From: Candidatus Obscuribacteraceae bacterium
Lineage (GTDB): Bacteria; Cyanobacteriota; Vampirovibrionia; Obscuribacterales; Obscuribacteraceae
DNA: 64,000 nucleotides
Direction of reading: 5' to 3'
Assembly (NCBI GenBank): GCA_044226015.1
Contig: JBGAHS010000001.1
Coordinates: 704,001 to 768,000, forward strand
Shown here: positions 18,230-28,626 of the stretch, piece by piece
Layout of the letters: each line of letters opens with the position of its first letter
Position numbering within the stretch: position 1 is the first letter of the stretch
The notes under the pieces: model-generated
The model's input: the letters and a program-made list of their open reading frames with translations, nothing else
Database searches by the model: none
What the model was told of the DNA's origin: nothing
Translations under genes and position numbers: made by a program

Positions 18230-19615
18230 TTAGATGTTCTTACTTTGACACTGGGCCTCTCGGACAGATTCGAAGCCCAGGTACTTTAGCCCCGCAGCAA
18301 CCGTAGCAAAAGAGCCTGCCCCAATTCTCAAAAGCTCTGGTACCTCACGCTCTGCAGCTTCGAATGCCGCCTGAATATTCTTATATTCAGAAGCTAATGC
18401 CCCCAATTGGCGTGCCTTCTCGATGATCTTGGCAGCCGGTACCACCGGACGCCTGCCGATGGCTTGAGAGGCGTAAACTCGGTCGCCAGGCTGAATGAGC
18501 GCCGATAAAATCTTTTCGAAATGTTTTGACTGATAGAAGGAAAGAATGAATGCTCGGTCTTTGTTTGGAAATAATTCATCAAGTGAGTTACGCAAAGCGG
18601 CAGCGCCGGCTTCATTGTGGGCTCCATCTAGAACCAGATTTTTGTGTTCGAAAAATTGCATGCGTCCAGGCCAGAAGAAAGAGTTCAATGCTCTATCGAA
18701 TTGAGGCAAGACTTCTTTGCCTAGCTTCAGTTCCCATAAACCGAGCAAAACTGCTGCTACCGCTGCATTATGGCGCTGATAGCCTTTTCGATTACTTATT
18801 AGCTCGAATAGGGATATTGTTGTTCCTTCTGAACCTGCTCTCATTATTTGAGCATAGCTTAATGCTCGAAACCGTTCATTCAGAGCATTCATCAGCGTTT
18901 GTTCTTCAGAGCTCGCTGTTCCACTGTGTAATTCGAGTTTTTCGTTGACGATGATGACTGGAGCGTTTTTCTTTCTGGACTCATCAAGAATCACTTCCAG
19001 AGCGCTTCCTGTGCAAGCCGTCACCAGTGGTACGCCGCATTTTATGATGCCCGATTTCTCGCGTGCGATTTCTTCGACTGTTGAGCCAAGTATGTGGGTG
19101 TGGTCGAGGCTTATGCTCACGATGGCTGTGGCTACAGGCGAATGCAAAACTGTGGTGGCATCGAATTGTCCACCTAAGCCGACCTCGAATACACCAACTT
19201 CCACTTCGTTTTTTGCAAAGTGAATAAAGGCGATAGCAGTAATCAGTTCAAACCATGTCAGAATACCGTGCTCAGGATGGCGCTTCCCGAAGCTTTCGGA
19301 GAGCATTCTCAGTTCAGAACATATTTCAGCGAAGTCATCATCGCTGATGGCATTTCCATCAAGCTCAACTCTTTCGTTGTACGAAATCAAATGTGGACCT
19401 GTGTATCTGCCGCATTTTATGCCGGACTGTCGGAATGACTCGGCAAGCATGCAAACAACTGAGCCCTTACCATTTGTGCCTGCAATATGAAGACTGGCGT
19501 AAGAGTCTTGCAAATTTCTCAGTTCTTCCATAAACAGCTCGAAGCGCTCTAAGCCCGGCCGGACAAGCGTTGGCGAGAGGCTGTCTATGTACGCGATTGA
19601 TTCTTCGTGATTCAT
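18230..19615 (-). CDS. folC: Folylpolyglutamate synthase/dihydrofolate synthase
   Basis: HIAGTNGKGS, GPHLISYNER, EVGLGGQFDAT, DHTHILG, LDGAHN. Confidence 0.95.
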   Translation of the reverse strand: MNHEESIAYIDSLSPTLVRPGLERFELFMEELRNLQDSYASLHIAGTNGKGSVVCMLAESFRQSGIKCGRYTGPHLISYNERVELDGNAISDDDFAEICSELRMLSESFGKRHPEHGILTWFELITAIAFIHFAKNEVEVGVFEVGLGGQFDATTVLHSPVATAIVSISLDHTHILGSTVEEIAREKSGIIKCGVPLVTACTGSALEVILDESRKKNAPVIIVNEKLELHSGTASSEEQTLMNALNERFRALSYAQIMRAGSEGTTISLFELISNRKGYQRHNAAVAAVLLGLWELKLGKEVLPQFDRALNSFFWPGRMQFFEHKNLVLDGAHNEAGAAALRNSLDELFPNKDRAFILSFYQSKHFEKILSALIQPGDRVYASQAIGRRPVVPAAKIIEKARQLGALASEYKNIQAAFEAAEREVPELLRIGAGSFATVAAGLKYLGFESVREAQCQSKNI

Positions 19616-19664
19616 ATTGCTTTGGTCGAATTATATAATGAAGAGCCCCTGAGGAGATTTCGGT

Positions 19665-20201
19665 TTGGCACTCTATACACGGAAGCATCTTGTCGCTTCA
19701 GAGAGAATTTTTGAAGGCAGCATTTTCAACGTGCGCAAGGACACTTTGCGGCTCAGTGAGAACGCTAAGGACCTCACCCGGGAAGTTGTTGAACACAATG
19801 GCGGCGTTGTTATTGCTTGTCAACCAGAGCCTGGAAAAGTAATTTTGATTAAGCAATATCGCTATCCAATTGATGAAGAGCTCTACGAATTGCCAGCAGG
19901 CAGAGTTGAACTTGGAGAGGACCGTTTCATTGCGGCAAAGCGTGAATTGACAGAAGAGACTGGCTACATCGCCGCCAAGTGGAATGAGCTGGGGCACATG
20001 TATTCCGCGCCTGGCTTCTGTTCTGAGCTACTTTCCTTTTATCATGCTACTCAATTGGCCTGGAGTGGCAAAGACCTGGATGAGGATGAGGAAACCGACG
20101 TGCATGTAGTCGAGCTCGAAGAAGCCTGGTCCTGGGTTCGCACAGGTAAGATTCGTGATTGCAAGACCGTTGCTGGTTTAGGAATGCTATTACACCCGTA
20201 G
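19665..20201 (+). CDS. NUDIX hydrolase, ADP-ribose pyrophosphatase-like
   Basis: QYRYP, ELPAG, AAKRELTEETG Nudix box, SAPGF. Confidence 0.92.
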   Translation: MALYTRKHLVASERIFEGSIFNVRKDTLRLSENAKDLTREVVEHNGGVVIACQPEPGKVILIKQYRYPIDEELYELPAGRVELGEDRFIAAKRELTEETGYIAAKWNELGHMYSAPGFCSELLSFYHATQLAWSGKDLDEDEETDVHVVELEEAWSWVRTGKIRDCKTVAGLGMLLHP

Positions 20202-20316
20202 TCTTGACATCGACAGATAACGATCTGTTAAAGCGCTGTGACAGAGCGGTTTGGATCGAAGCACCCTGAAAAAGGTCTGCTATACTTTCCCATGTTCAAT
20301 CTGAAGAGGCGTCAAA

Positions 20317-20568
20317 ATGGGCAAAAAGGAATCCAACTCCGAAATGAGCTTACCAGTTCTGGGAATGCTGATTGTTGCACCACTGGGAGCTATTGTAGTC
20401 GGTGCTCAGATGGAAGTTGTTAAGGTCTGGCCTTTGCCAGTGTCAATCGCTCCATACTTCGGTGCTGAAGTTGGCGTCTGGTGGGGATTGATTGTAGGTG
20501 CTCTCGTAGGACTGTTTGTTGGCTACATTGCTGATGAAAGGCACTACGACGACACAGTTTACAAATAA
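20317..20568 (+). CDS. Small two-TM membrane protein
   Basis: 83-aa hydrophobic ORF with GAGG RBS and a downstream terminator. Confidence 0.7.
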   Translation: MGKKESNSEMSLPVLGMLIVAPLGAIVVGAQMEVVKVWPLPVSIAPYFGAEVGVWWGLIVGALVGLFVGYIADERHYDDTVYK

Positions 20569-20597
20569 GCAGCTGTATCAAAAACATTGAAAATCAG

Positions 20598-20625
20598 GGC
20601 ACAAAGACTGTTCTTTGTGCCTTTT
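20598..20625 (+). terminator. Intrinsic terminator
   Basis: GGCACAAAGA-ctgt-TCTTTGTGCC then TTTT. Confidence 0.7.
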
Positions 20626-20793
20626 AGTTTGTTGTTCCTTTTAAACATTATTTGTGGAATTTCGTGCCAGCTGTCTGATTTAAGAAGCGTCCGACGCGCT
20701 AATATATGCAGATTGCATTGCTAAGCACTGTTTTCAAGCAGCTGCGTTTGCGTGTGTATTCGGTTCAGTTTCGGTTTTACCGGAGGACAAGGA

Positions 20794-22605
20794 ATGAAAG
20801 TGGCGGATAAAGGTGCGGCTGATCTTAAAGAAGGCGTGTTCAGAGCGTCAGGCAGTTCCACCCGCGTGCCAGGCGGCGTGCGGAAGGAAGTTATCAAAAA
20901 GTATCCGGTAAAAGCTAATCTCGAAGATTACGATGCAACTTATGCAAGCTTTTCTTGGGACGATGCGAAGAAAGACATAAGCTGGTTTGCAGATGGCAAA
21001 ATCAACGCCGCTTTCAACGCATGTGATCGCCACATGAATGACGGACGTAGAAACAAAGTTGCTCTTTATTCGGTTGATGCAAACAACCATATGGAGACAT
21101 TTACTTTCCAGGACATCTACTATCTTTCAAATCGTCTTGGGAATGCTTTGAAAAATCTGGGAGTTGTTAAAGGCGACCGAGTATTCATCTTTATGCCTAG
21201 AGTTCCAGAACTCTACATCTCGACGATGGCAATCGCAAAAATCGGCGCGGTAATTGGACCACTATTTTCCGCTTTCGGACCTGACGCGCTGCGCGACAGA
21301 TTGCAGGACAGTGGCGCCAAGATTGTAATTACGACAGAAGATCTCAAGCCAAAACTTGATGAGATTCGCGATCAGTTGCAAGACCTGGAATACGTTATTG
21401 TGGTGCGCAACGAAGGCGAGTTGAAACCGGGAGACCTTTCTTTTGAAGAGTTGATGGTCAACTCTTCAGAGCATCTTGCTCCGACTCACGTAAGCCCTGA
21501 AGACCCTCTCTATTTGCTCTACACTTCAGGAACGACAGGAAAAGCAAAAGGCATTTTGCACGTTCATAATGATATTGTCGGTCTGCATGCAACTACTAAG
21601 TGGGTCTTGGATCTTAGAGAAGATGATGTGTACTGGTGCACCGCAGACCCTGGTTGGGTCACTGGCACCGCATATGGTATCTTCGGACCATGGTCTAATG
21701 GTGCCTCTGTGGTGGCGTATGAAGGTCGCTTCGATGCGGCTGGCTGGTATCAATTGATCGACAGATTAAAGGTCACCGTTTGGTACACTGCACCTACTGC
21801 CCTTCGCATGCTCATGAAAGCAGGCGATGATGAAGTGCATAGACATTCACTTGAAAGTTTGCGTCACATCTTGAGCGTGGGCGAGCCATTGAATCCTGAA
21901 GTTATTCGATGGGCATACAAACTTTATGGATTGCCCGTGCACGACAACTGGTGGCAAACTGAAACAGGCATGCAGCTTGTTTCCAACCTTCCTTGTTTGC
22001 CGATTAAGCCAGGCTCGATGGGCAAGCCCCTGCCAGGCGTTCATGTGACAGTTGTAGATGATGACGGCAACGAACTTGCTCCTGGACAGCTAGGAAGACT
22101 GGTTGTGCGTCCAGGCTGGCCATCTATGCTTCGTCAAGTTTGGAGAAACGAAGAGAAGTTCAAAGAGTATTTCAAGATTGATGGATGGTACTTCAGTGGC
22201 GACAATGCTTGGCGTGACGAAGATGGCTATCTCTGGTTTGTTGGACGTGCTGACGATGTAATCAATACAGCAGGACACAGAGTCGGACCATTTGAAGTCG
22301 AGTCAGCGCTAGTTGAGCACGAAGCGGTAGCTGAGGCAGGCGTAATCGGCAAGCCAGATGAAGAGCGCGGCGAAATCATCAAAGCGTTTATCGTACTTGC
22401 AAATGGCGTACAAAACTCGCCAAAGCTTCTTGAAGAGGTCAGAGACTTCACAAAGAGAAGGCTTGCAGCACACGCTTACCCGCGTGAAATCGAAGTTCGT
22501 GATAGTTTGCCAAAAACTAGAAGCGGCAAAATCATGCGTCGCTTGCTGAAAGCATGGGAGCTTGGTCTTCCTGTTGGTGACACGTCTTCACTCGATGAAG
22601 AATAG
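20794..22605 (+). CDS. acsA: Acetate--CoA ligase (acetyl-CoA synthetase)
   Basis: YTSGTTGKAKG, WCTADPGWVTG, DNWWQTETG, LPKTRSGKIMRR; GGAGG RBS before ATG 20794. Confidence 0.93.
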   Translation: MKVADKGAADLKEGVFRASGSSTRVPGGVRKEVIKKYPVKANLEDYDATYASFSWDDAKKDISWFADGKINAAFNACDRHMNDGRRNKVALYSVDANNHMETFTFQDIYYLSNRLGNALKNLGVVKGDRVFIFMPRVPELYISTMAIAKIGAVIGPLFSAFGPDALRDRLQDSGAKIVITTEDLKPKLDEIRDQLQDLEYVIVVRNEGELKPGDLSFEELMVNSSEHLAPTHVSPEDPLYLLYTSGTTGKAKGILHVHNDIVGLHATTKWVLDLREDDVYWCTADPGWVTGTAYGIFGPWSNGASVVAYEGRFDAAGWYQLIDRLKVTVWYTAPTALRMLMKAGDDEVHRHSLESLRHILSVGEPLNPEVIRWAYKLYGLPVHDNWWQTETGMQLVSNLPCLPIKPGSMGKPLPGVHVTVVDDDGNELAPGQLGRLVVRPGWPSMLRQVWRNEEKFKEYFKIDGWYFSGDNAWRDEDGYLWFVGRADDVINTAGHRVGPFEVESALVEHEAVAEAGVIGKPDEERGEIIKAFIVLANGVQNSPKLLEEVRDFTKRRLAAHAYPREIEVRDSLPKTRSGKIMRRLLKAWELGLPVGDTSSLDEE

Positions 22606-22624
22606 TTAGAGAGGAAGCATCAAA

Positions 22625-22882
22625 ATGGAAAGTGATAACAAAAGAGATTTGATGGCTGCGATCATCATTTCTGGAGTTATGGTCGACAAAGTAAGATGGC
22701 TTGGCGAACACAAGCGCAGTGGTTCTACAGAACGTTTGGAAGGGCTGTTAGATGATTCCTTCCGCGATCTGATTTGCGGCTCTTACATACTTGTCGATGA
22801 AATGCTCAAGCGCCGTGAGGTGCCGGCTCCGAGAATTGAGAAGAAACTCACTTCGGCACCAGACCCAACCGGCAAATCCTAA
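22625..22882 (+). CDS. Hypothetical protein
   Basis: 85-aa ORF with GAGG RBS directly after acsA. Confidence 0.6.
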   Translation: MESDNKRDLMAAIIISGVMVDKVRWLGEHKRSGSTERLEGLLDDSFRDLICGSYILVDEMLKRREVPAPRIEKKLTSAPDPTGKS

Positions 22883-22961
22883 ACGAGTTCAAAGGGCACC
22901 AAGGGATAAATCCATCCGGGTTTTGAAGCTTGGAAGCTCTATTGCAACGACAACACAATTG

Positions 22962-22991
22962 CGGCTCGTCAACAATGACGAGCCGTTTTTT
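22962..22991 (+). terminator. Intrinsic terminator
   Basis: CGGCTCGTCA-acaa-TGACGAGCCG then T6. Confidence 0.75.
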
Positions 22992-23176
22992 CTTGCCTGT
23001 GAGCGCCAGCTCAATGACGAGCCGTTTTTTATTGCCTGTGAGCGCCAGCTTAGGATCGGGGGGTGCCACCCTCGGAAAGGGGGGTGCCAGCTTCGGATCG
23101 GGGGGTGCCAGCTTCGGATCGGGGGGTGCCAGCTTCGGATCGTGGAGCAGCAGCTTCGGATTGGGAGCGCTGCTAT
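22973..23176. repeat. Composite tandem repeat: 2 x 39 bp plus about 6 x 21 bp G-rich units
   Basis: 39-mer at 22973-23011 and 23012-23050; consensus TCGGATCGGGGGGTGCCAGCT units from 23051. Confidence 0.9.
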
Positions 23177-23193
23177 CCTGCCAGCTTCTGAGG

Positions 23194-25353
23194 CTATTTA
23201 TCGGTTTCGGTCGGCGTGTTCTCGGCGTCTGCTGTTGGCTCGGTAATAGACGAAGGACCTGCTTCTGCTTCAAGAAGCGCCGTGCTATCTGCTGGTGATT
23301 TGCCCGTTGCTACCTTGTAGAGAATAATTCCCATAAGAGCATAGAATCCCACTCCCAAGAGTTGATAGCCATCTTCACCGAGCGCACGTATAAGTGGCTT
23401 TTCCATACTTATTTTTTCAAGGAAAGAGTAGATCTCCGGCGGTATTGATAGTAGTGCCACAACGACTCCTGCTAAGGCTCCGCCCGCAACCAGTCCTGTG
23501 GCGAACAAGCTGCCTGCTCCCAGCTCATCATCAGCGTGACTGTGTGCTGCATTCGTTTTCTTTGTGCGCATATCGACTATCTTCCTGACGCATCCGCCAA
23601 CAAATATAGGCAGAGTTGTTGAAATAGGGAGGTATGCGCCTACTGCAAAGTTCAATGAATTCACGCCGCAAAGTTCCATTGTCATTGACAGGCAAACGCC
23701 AATCAATACGAAGTTCCAGTCAAGATTAAACGACAACATCCCTTTAATTAGTGTCGCCATTAGAGTGCCTTGTGGCGCGGGGAATTTGTCACTTCCTATG
23801 GCATGCTGAATGCCTGCTGCCACCATATCTGGTGAAGGATGATCGAGAAGCTTTACTGTAAGTCCTATTATTACTGATGAGATTATGGCGCCAATAAACA
23901 AACAAATTTGCTGATATTTTGGTGTGGCGCCAACTATATAACCCGTCTTCAAGTCTTGTGATGTGGCACCGCCGTTTGCTGCAGCAATACATACTATTCC
24001 TCCAACAGCGAGCACCATTGGTTCACAAAGCTTTCCTGTTAAACCAAATGCAATAAATACCAGTGATGTTGCCATCAGAGTCGCAATTGTCATGCCAGAA
24101 ACTGGGTTTGAGCTCGAACCGATCAGTCCAACAATTCTGCTTGATACTGTCACAAAGAAGAAGCCAAAAATAACAACCAGAATCCCAATGAGACCCTTTT
24201 GAAGGAAACTTTCTCCAGGAATTTGGGGAAGAATAGCGATCAGTGCCATCAACGCAAGTGAGCCGTAGAGGACAGTATTCATCGATAAGTCGTTTTCCGT
24301 GCGAGAGCGTTCTACGACAGTTCCATCCGGCGCTTTCTTGAATAAAGCTAAATTCTCTTTGAAAGAACTAACGATTGTAGGAATCGTTTTAAGCAGAGTC
24401 ATGAAGCCGCCAGCAGCTACTGCACCAGCACCGATCTGGCGAATGTAAGCCTTGTAGACTGCGTCCGCGGTGTTGGCGAACGTGTGGCTATCTGGTTGCC
24501 ATCCGCCTGGTCCTCCTGCTGTGCTCAAATCTGCAAGATATCCTAATTTGACTAGCTGTGCTGCTATCGTATCCATCGGTACAAGACCAGCAAGTAGAGG
24601 TATCATTCCGAGCCAGGCTAGTACGCCTCCAGCGACCAGAATTCCAGCTATGCGGAAGCCGATGATGTAACCTACGCCCATGTATTCTGGTGTGATTTCA
24701 CCACTTACGGTGGCAGACGGGAGAAACTTGTTGGCTTGAGCAGTCACATACTTAGGTGATTCCGCGATAACCCTGAAAACGTGTTGCAATGCGGCGTAGA
24801 GCACCGCGAATCCAAGTCCCTGGTAGGCTGTCTTTGCAAATTCTCCACCCTTGTCACCCGCAATTAGAACTGAGCCACAAGCCGTTCCCTCGGGATATGG
24901 AAGATTGCCGTGCTCTTTGACAATCAATGATCTGCGCAGCGGAATCATCATTAGAGTTCCGAGCAATCCACCCAAAACTGCTAAAGTGAATATTGTCCAA
25001 TATTCGAAATAATGAGCGCCCACACTCTGCCCATTGTCTATTGAAAGGAAGAGAAAGCCCGGTAGTGTGAAAACTACACCTGACGCAATCGACTCTCCGG
25101 CCGATGCCGTGGTTTGGATGATGTTGTTTTCAAGAATTGTTGTTTTTAAGAAGCGCTGACCAATTGAAATTGCCAACACCGCAACTGGAATTGATGCAGA
25201 AACAGTCAATCCTGCTTTCAGCGCGAGATAGACGGTCGCTGCTCCGAAGAGGAGACCGAACATTCCGCCAAGAATTATCGAAAGCGGCGTGAACTCCTTC
25301 ATTTTTGATTCCGGAGCTATGTATGGTTTGAAGTCAAGATTGCTTTCTGTCAT
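23194..25353 (-). CDS. Oligopeptide transporter, OPT family
   Basis: YLALKAGLTVSASIP, ENNIIQT, LPYPEGTA, SNPVSGMTI, SQDLKTG, APQGTLM. Confidence 0.93.
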   Translation of the reverse strand: MTESNLDFKPYIAPESKMKEFTPLSIILGGMFGLLFGAATVYLALKAGLTVSASIPVAVLAISIGQRFLKTTILENNIIQTTASAGESIASGVVFTLPGFLFLSIDNGQSVGAHYFEYWTIFTLAVLGGLLGTLMMIPLRRSLIVKEHGNLPYPEGTACGSVLIAGDKGGEFAKTAYQGLGFAVLYAALQHVFRVIAESPKYVTAQANKFLPSATVSGEITPEYMGVGYIIGFRIAGILVAGGVLAWLGMIPLLAGLVPMDTIAAQLVKLGYLADLSTAGGPGGWQPDSHTFANTADAVYKAYIRQIGAGAVAAGGFMTLLKTIPTIVSSFKENLALFKKAPDGTVVERSRTENDLSMNTVLYGSLALMALIAILPQIPGESFLQKGLIGILVVIFGFFFVTVSSRIVGLIGSSSNPVSGMTIATLMATSLVFIAFGLTGKLCEPMVLAVGGIVCIAAANGGATSQDLKTGYIVGATPKYQQICLFIGAIISSVIIGLTVKLLDHPSPDMVAAGIQHAIGSDKFPAPQGTLMATLIKGMLSFNLDWNFVLIGVCLSMTMELCGVNSLNFAVGAYLPISTTLPIFVGGCVRKIVDMRTKKTNAAHSHADDELGAGSLFATGLVAGGALAGVVVALLSIPPEIYSFLEKISMEKPLIRALGEDGYQLLGVGFYALMGIILYKVATGKSPADSTALLEAEAGPSSITEPTADAENTPTETDK

Positions 25354-25496
25354 TTGAAAATCGCCCGAAGAATAGGCGTTTGATCATACCATCGGCAGTC
25401 TCTTAAGTGCTAAGCTGGTACTGTGTTATGAGCCCTCAGGATCTGACATAAAAAATAATCTGAGGCGATTGCTAAGTTCTCAATTGGATAATCACT

Positions 25497-26960
25497 ATGC
25501 TTTCTATTGTTGAAACGAGCGTTAGAAGAACAATCCTTTTTTTCATCACCACAGTTTGTTTGTTGTTCACTACTTTTACCTCAACTCCTGCTATGCCAGA
25601 TCAAAACGAACAGAGCAAGATAGAAGCAGAACTAAAAAAGGTTCTATCTAACTCCTGGAAAATAAGCGGCGTAAATTCTGGCGTCACGCCAGCTGACTGG
25701 TGGACAGATTCTCCCAATTCTGGGGTGTGCTTTGATTTGAGCAATGGTAAAGAACAGGCAAAAATCTATTTCTTGCCGCTTGATTGGATTGGCATCCGCA
25801 AAAAGCAAAATGCAAAATCGACTCACTACACCGAAGGTGTCTTGTGCGGTGAAAAATACAAATTAATCGCGGACAATGCAGATCAGAAGCTTGTGGACGC
25901 TCTCTATAATCTCTTCAACCGCAGCTTCAGCACTCCTTCGCTGGTAAATTCCGGGTTCACGCGGTCGCAGCAGATTTTTAAAGGAAAAGAAACAGCCGCC
26001 GAAAAGAAAGCTGAGCAGTTGGTGAAAGAGCATTGCAAGACTCCCGACGAATTGGATGAAGCGGCGCATTCGCTAGTGGTTCTCGGGGTTCCAGCAAGGT
26101 CAGTTTTTGTGCGAGCTGTACACGAAACTAAAAATGATCGCACTTTCTTGATTTCCAGTTTAGGTTATTTTGATGATAAGACATGCGTTGACGCTTTGTG
26201 TAAGGTCTTGTTGAATCCAGGTTTTTCAGACCATGAGCGCTACTATGCAACAATGGCGCTGCGCTCACACTACGATGAGTCGATTTACGCAGCGCTGTCG
26301 AAGGCAATAAAGTCCTGCAACGATTCCGAAGCGCTTTCGGGAATCTTGAAGGAACTTTCTAAATTCAGAAACCCTGCAGTCTGTGCGGACGTTATGGCTG
26401 CGTACAAGCGCATGAGCAACAAGTATTATCAACAGACTGCGATTCAAACTATGGCTGCTTGTAATTGCAAGGAAGCTATTCCCATGTTGCAAGAAATTGT
26501 AGATAAAAATAAGGCTGAGTCTGCTAAACAAAACAAGAGTACTGAACCGCAAGTTCGTGTGGCATCGGTCAGTGCGATGCCCGGAGGTATTCCCTTTCAG
26601 GCTGCAGAGCTTGCGCTTCTTCGCTTGAATGCAGATTGGGGAAAAAGTGGCAAACAGCTGCGCCTATTTTTGTTGCCACCTGATGATGCGCAGATAGGCA
26701 AGAAAATGACACTGACCATTTATGTCGAGAACATAGGCAAAGCTGAGCTTCCATCGTGGAGTTATCCCGTTGGGCTAAAGCTCGACGGAAAGCCAATAAA
26801 CATAATGGATGAGGGCGGGCGTTCTTACAAGATAGCACCAGGTGCGGTGCACGCTATTTATTGGGACTTATCGAAAGATGTTAGAAGCAAGGGTCAACAT
26901 AAGCTTGAATATTCCATTGATGACGCAGTCGCAAAGCCTGCTACATTCAGTGTGAAATAG
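25497..26960 (+). CDS. Exported HEAT-repeat-like protein with C-terminal Ig-like domain
   Basis: Signal peptide; helical repeats; LTIYVENIG beta domain. Confidence 0.65.
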   Translation: MLSIVETSVRRTILFFITTVCLLFTTFTSTPAMPDQNEQSKIEAELKKVLSNSWKISGVNSGVTPADWWTDSPNSGVCFDLSNGKEQAKIYFLPLDWIGIRKKQNAKSTHYTEGVLCGEKYKLIADNADQKLVDALYNLFNRSFSTPSLVNSGFTRSQQIFKGKETAAEKKAEQLVKEHCKTPDELDEAAHSLVVLGVPARSVFVRAVHETKNDRTFLISSLGYFDDKTCVDALCKVLLNPGFSDHERYYATMALRSHYDESIYAALSKAIKSCNDSEALSGILKELSKFRNPAVCADVMAAYKRMSNKYYQQTAIQTMAACNCKEAIPMLQEIVDKNKAESAKQNKSTEPQVRVASVSAMPGGIPFQAAELALLRLNADWGKSGKQLRLFLLPPDDAQIGKKMTLTIYVENIGKAELPSWSYPVGLKLDGKPINIMDEGGRSYKIAPGAVHAIYWDLSKDVRSKGQHKLEYSIDDAVAKPATFSVK

Positions 26961-26997
26961 CCGTTGCGATCTAATGTGTAGAGATTCAGAGGTAAGC

Positions 26998-27372
26998 GTG
27001 GCTGTGATTCAAAAAGTTGGAGCCGTAATCTGGCGAAGTGGCAAGGTCGAGGAAATGCTGCGATTTTATCGCTTGCTTGGTATTCCGTTGGACCACGATT
27101 CACATGAAGGTGAAGGTCATACTCGCCACTACGAGGCTGATATCGGTGGTGTGCATTACGCACTTTTTGAACGCCAGCAAAATTCAAATCTGGATGCTGG
27201 TGCATTTGACGTCACCATGTTGGGATTCCAGGTTAGCGATTTGACTGAATTGGTTAGTAAACTTGAGCAAATCAATACCAGATTCAAAATCAAGATAGAA
27301 GACACTCCGTGGGGTAAGAGGGTGGTCGTTTTCGATCCTGACGGCAGACCGGTAGAGCTTTACCAGCCCTGA
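26998..27372 (+). CDS. VOC/glyoxalase family protein
   Basis: FYRLLG, GFQVSDL, TPWGKRVVVFDPDGRPVEL. Confidence 0.9.
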   Translation: MAVIQKVGAVIWRSGKVEEMLRFYRLLGIPLDHDSHEGEGHTRHYEADIGGVHYALFERQQNSNLDAGAFDVTMLGFQVSDLTELVSKLEQINTRFKIKIEDTPWGKRVVVFDPDGRPVELYQP

Positions 27373-27496
27373 GGATGCCCAGCTTTCTTGCATTGAGTTC
27401 ATAAAAATAAGACAGCCCAGCACTTCGATTAATTTGTTGGCTGCCAAACAATTCGTTTGCCTTGACTGCCTTTCCAAATGCACTGTGTGAAAGCTA

Positions 27497-28210
27497 ATGA
27501 TGTACTATTTTGATATGAGGAAGCCGAGTTTTCATTTTTTAGTTCTACTCATTTTCTTGATGTGCTGCTCTGCAGCCAATGCGCAGTTTCGTGTTTTTGT
27601 TGGAGATAAGCCACCCGAGGAAGGTGATGATCGACCAAAGCAACAAGAACTAGTGAAGCAAGAAGCAAAAATGGACACATATGACCCGGCGTCTGAGTTT
27701 CCTGCCCTGAAAAAGCCTTTGAAACCAGGTGAGACACTGTCCGGAAACATCGCTGAACATGAGTTGGCAATTGATTGGGATGGATGGCGAAATAAGTTTG
27801 CAAAAACGGTGAAAGACCGAATGTTTTCAAACGCCTATGAAGCCCTCAGCGTAAAAAATGGAGCCATAACCTGGTATCACTGCGAGGTGACTCGCGATAA
27901 GCAGTTAAAAAATGTTCGCATTATCAGGTCATCGGGTGATTTTTGGTACGACAATGCTGTGATTAAGGCCATCAACAAAGTAGATGGAGACCCAATTCTC
28001 GAGTTTCCTAAGGGGTCGATCAGAACAGAAGTTGCCACAGATATTGGCATTCAATTTGGAAAAGGCCAGAGAGGAGAGTTGCGGTTTAATGACGTTGAGT
28101 ACAGACCGTTGACCCCAGAGGAAGCTAGCAGTAAACAAAAGGAATCTGAGCAGGCGCCTCAAGAGCCTGTCTCAAGAAAGAAAAGACGCGGACATCACTC
28201 TGACGATTGA
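27497..28210 (+). CDS. Exported TonB_C/TolA-like domain protein
   Basis: Signal peptide; WDGWRNKF...RSSGDFWYDNAVIKAI...LEFPKGS. Confidence 0.75.
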   Translation: MMYYFDMRKPSFHFLVLLIFLMCCSAANAQFRVFVGDKPPEEGDDRPKQQELVKQEAKMDTYDPASEFPALKKPLKPGETLSGNIAEHELAIDWDGWRNKFAKTVKDRMFSNAYEALSVKNGAITWYHCEVTRDKQLKNVRIIRSSGDFWYDNAVIKAINKVDGDPILEFPKGSIRTEVATDIGIQFGKGQRGELRFNDVEYRPLTPEEASSKQKESEQAPQEPVSRKKRRGHHSDD

Positions 28211-28626
28211 ATTGGCGAACAAGGTTCTTACGCTTCTGGAGATCTGTTTGTGGCACCATATCTGGTGTCTTGAGTTTCGTGCAGTTTTTGCCCACAACGT
28301 TTTGTGTTGGACTTTAATCAAATGAAAAGTCTTGAGACGAAAGGCGGTCTATCTGGGGTCTAAGGCTATTCTGGTCTGACGCGTATGTCTTTTGTATATA
28401 CCCGTGCGTTTGATCTTCCGTTTAGTTAAAGAAATAGGCTTCGACTGGTGAGATAATCAAGGAATCTGCGAAATACCGCCTCTGGCGGTGTTCTCGAAAA
28501 ATTTTCACTGACAGATACCAGAGCTTTCCAGCTTTTTGGGATTGTTTTGAACTTTTTGCACGAGATTTGCGTCATAGAAGAGGGTTAGAAAAGGTTTGCC
28601 AAGAGGCAAGCGCTTGCGGAGTTCGA

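Noticed and set aside
23051..23176. Possible CRISPR array (the 40303-40566 array was also considered)
   Set aside because: Units are directly tandem with no unique spacers, and no cas genes are present
22791..23298. ORFs with LRIGGCQ / PDPKLAP / GSGGASF repeats
   Set aside because: They are by-products of the 21-bp and 39-bp repeats and span a terminator
28470..28493. Hairpin upstream of dnaB containing CCTCTGGCGGTG, reminiscent of a lambda operator
   Set aside because: Short match with no phage context; may be a local regulatory hairpin, but there is no further support
28211..28626. Possible replication origin in the long intergenic region before dnaB
   Set aside because: No cluster of TTATCCACA-like DnaA boxes seen
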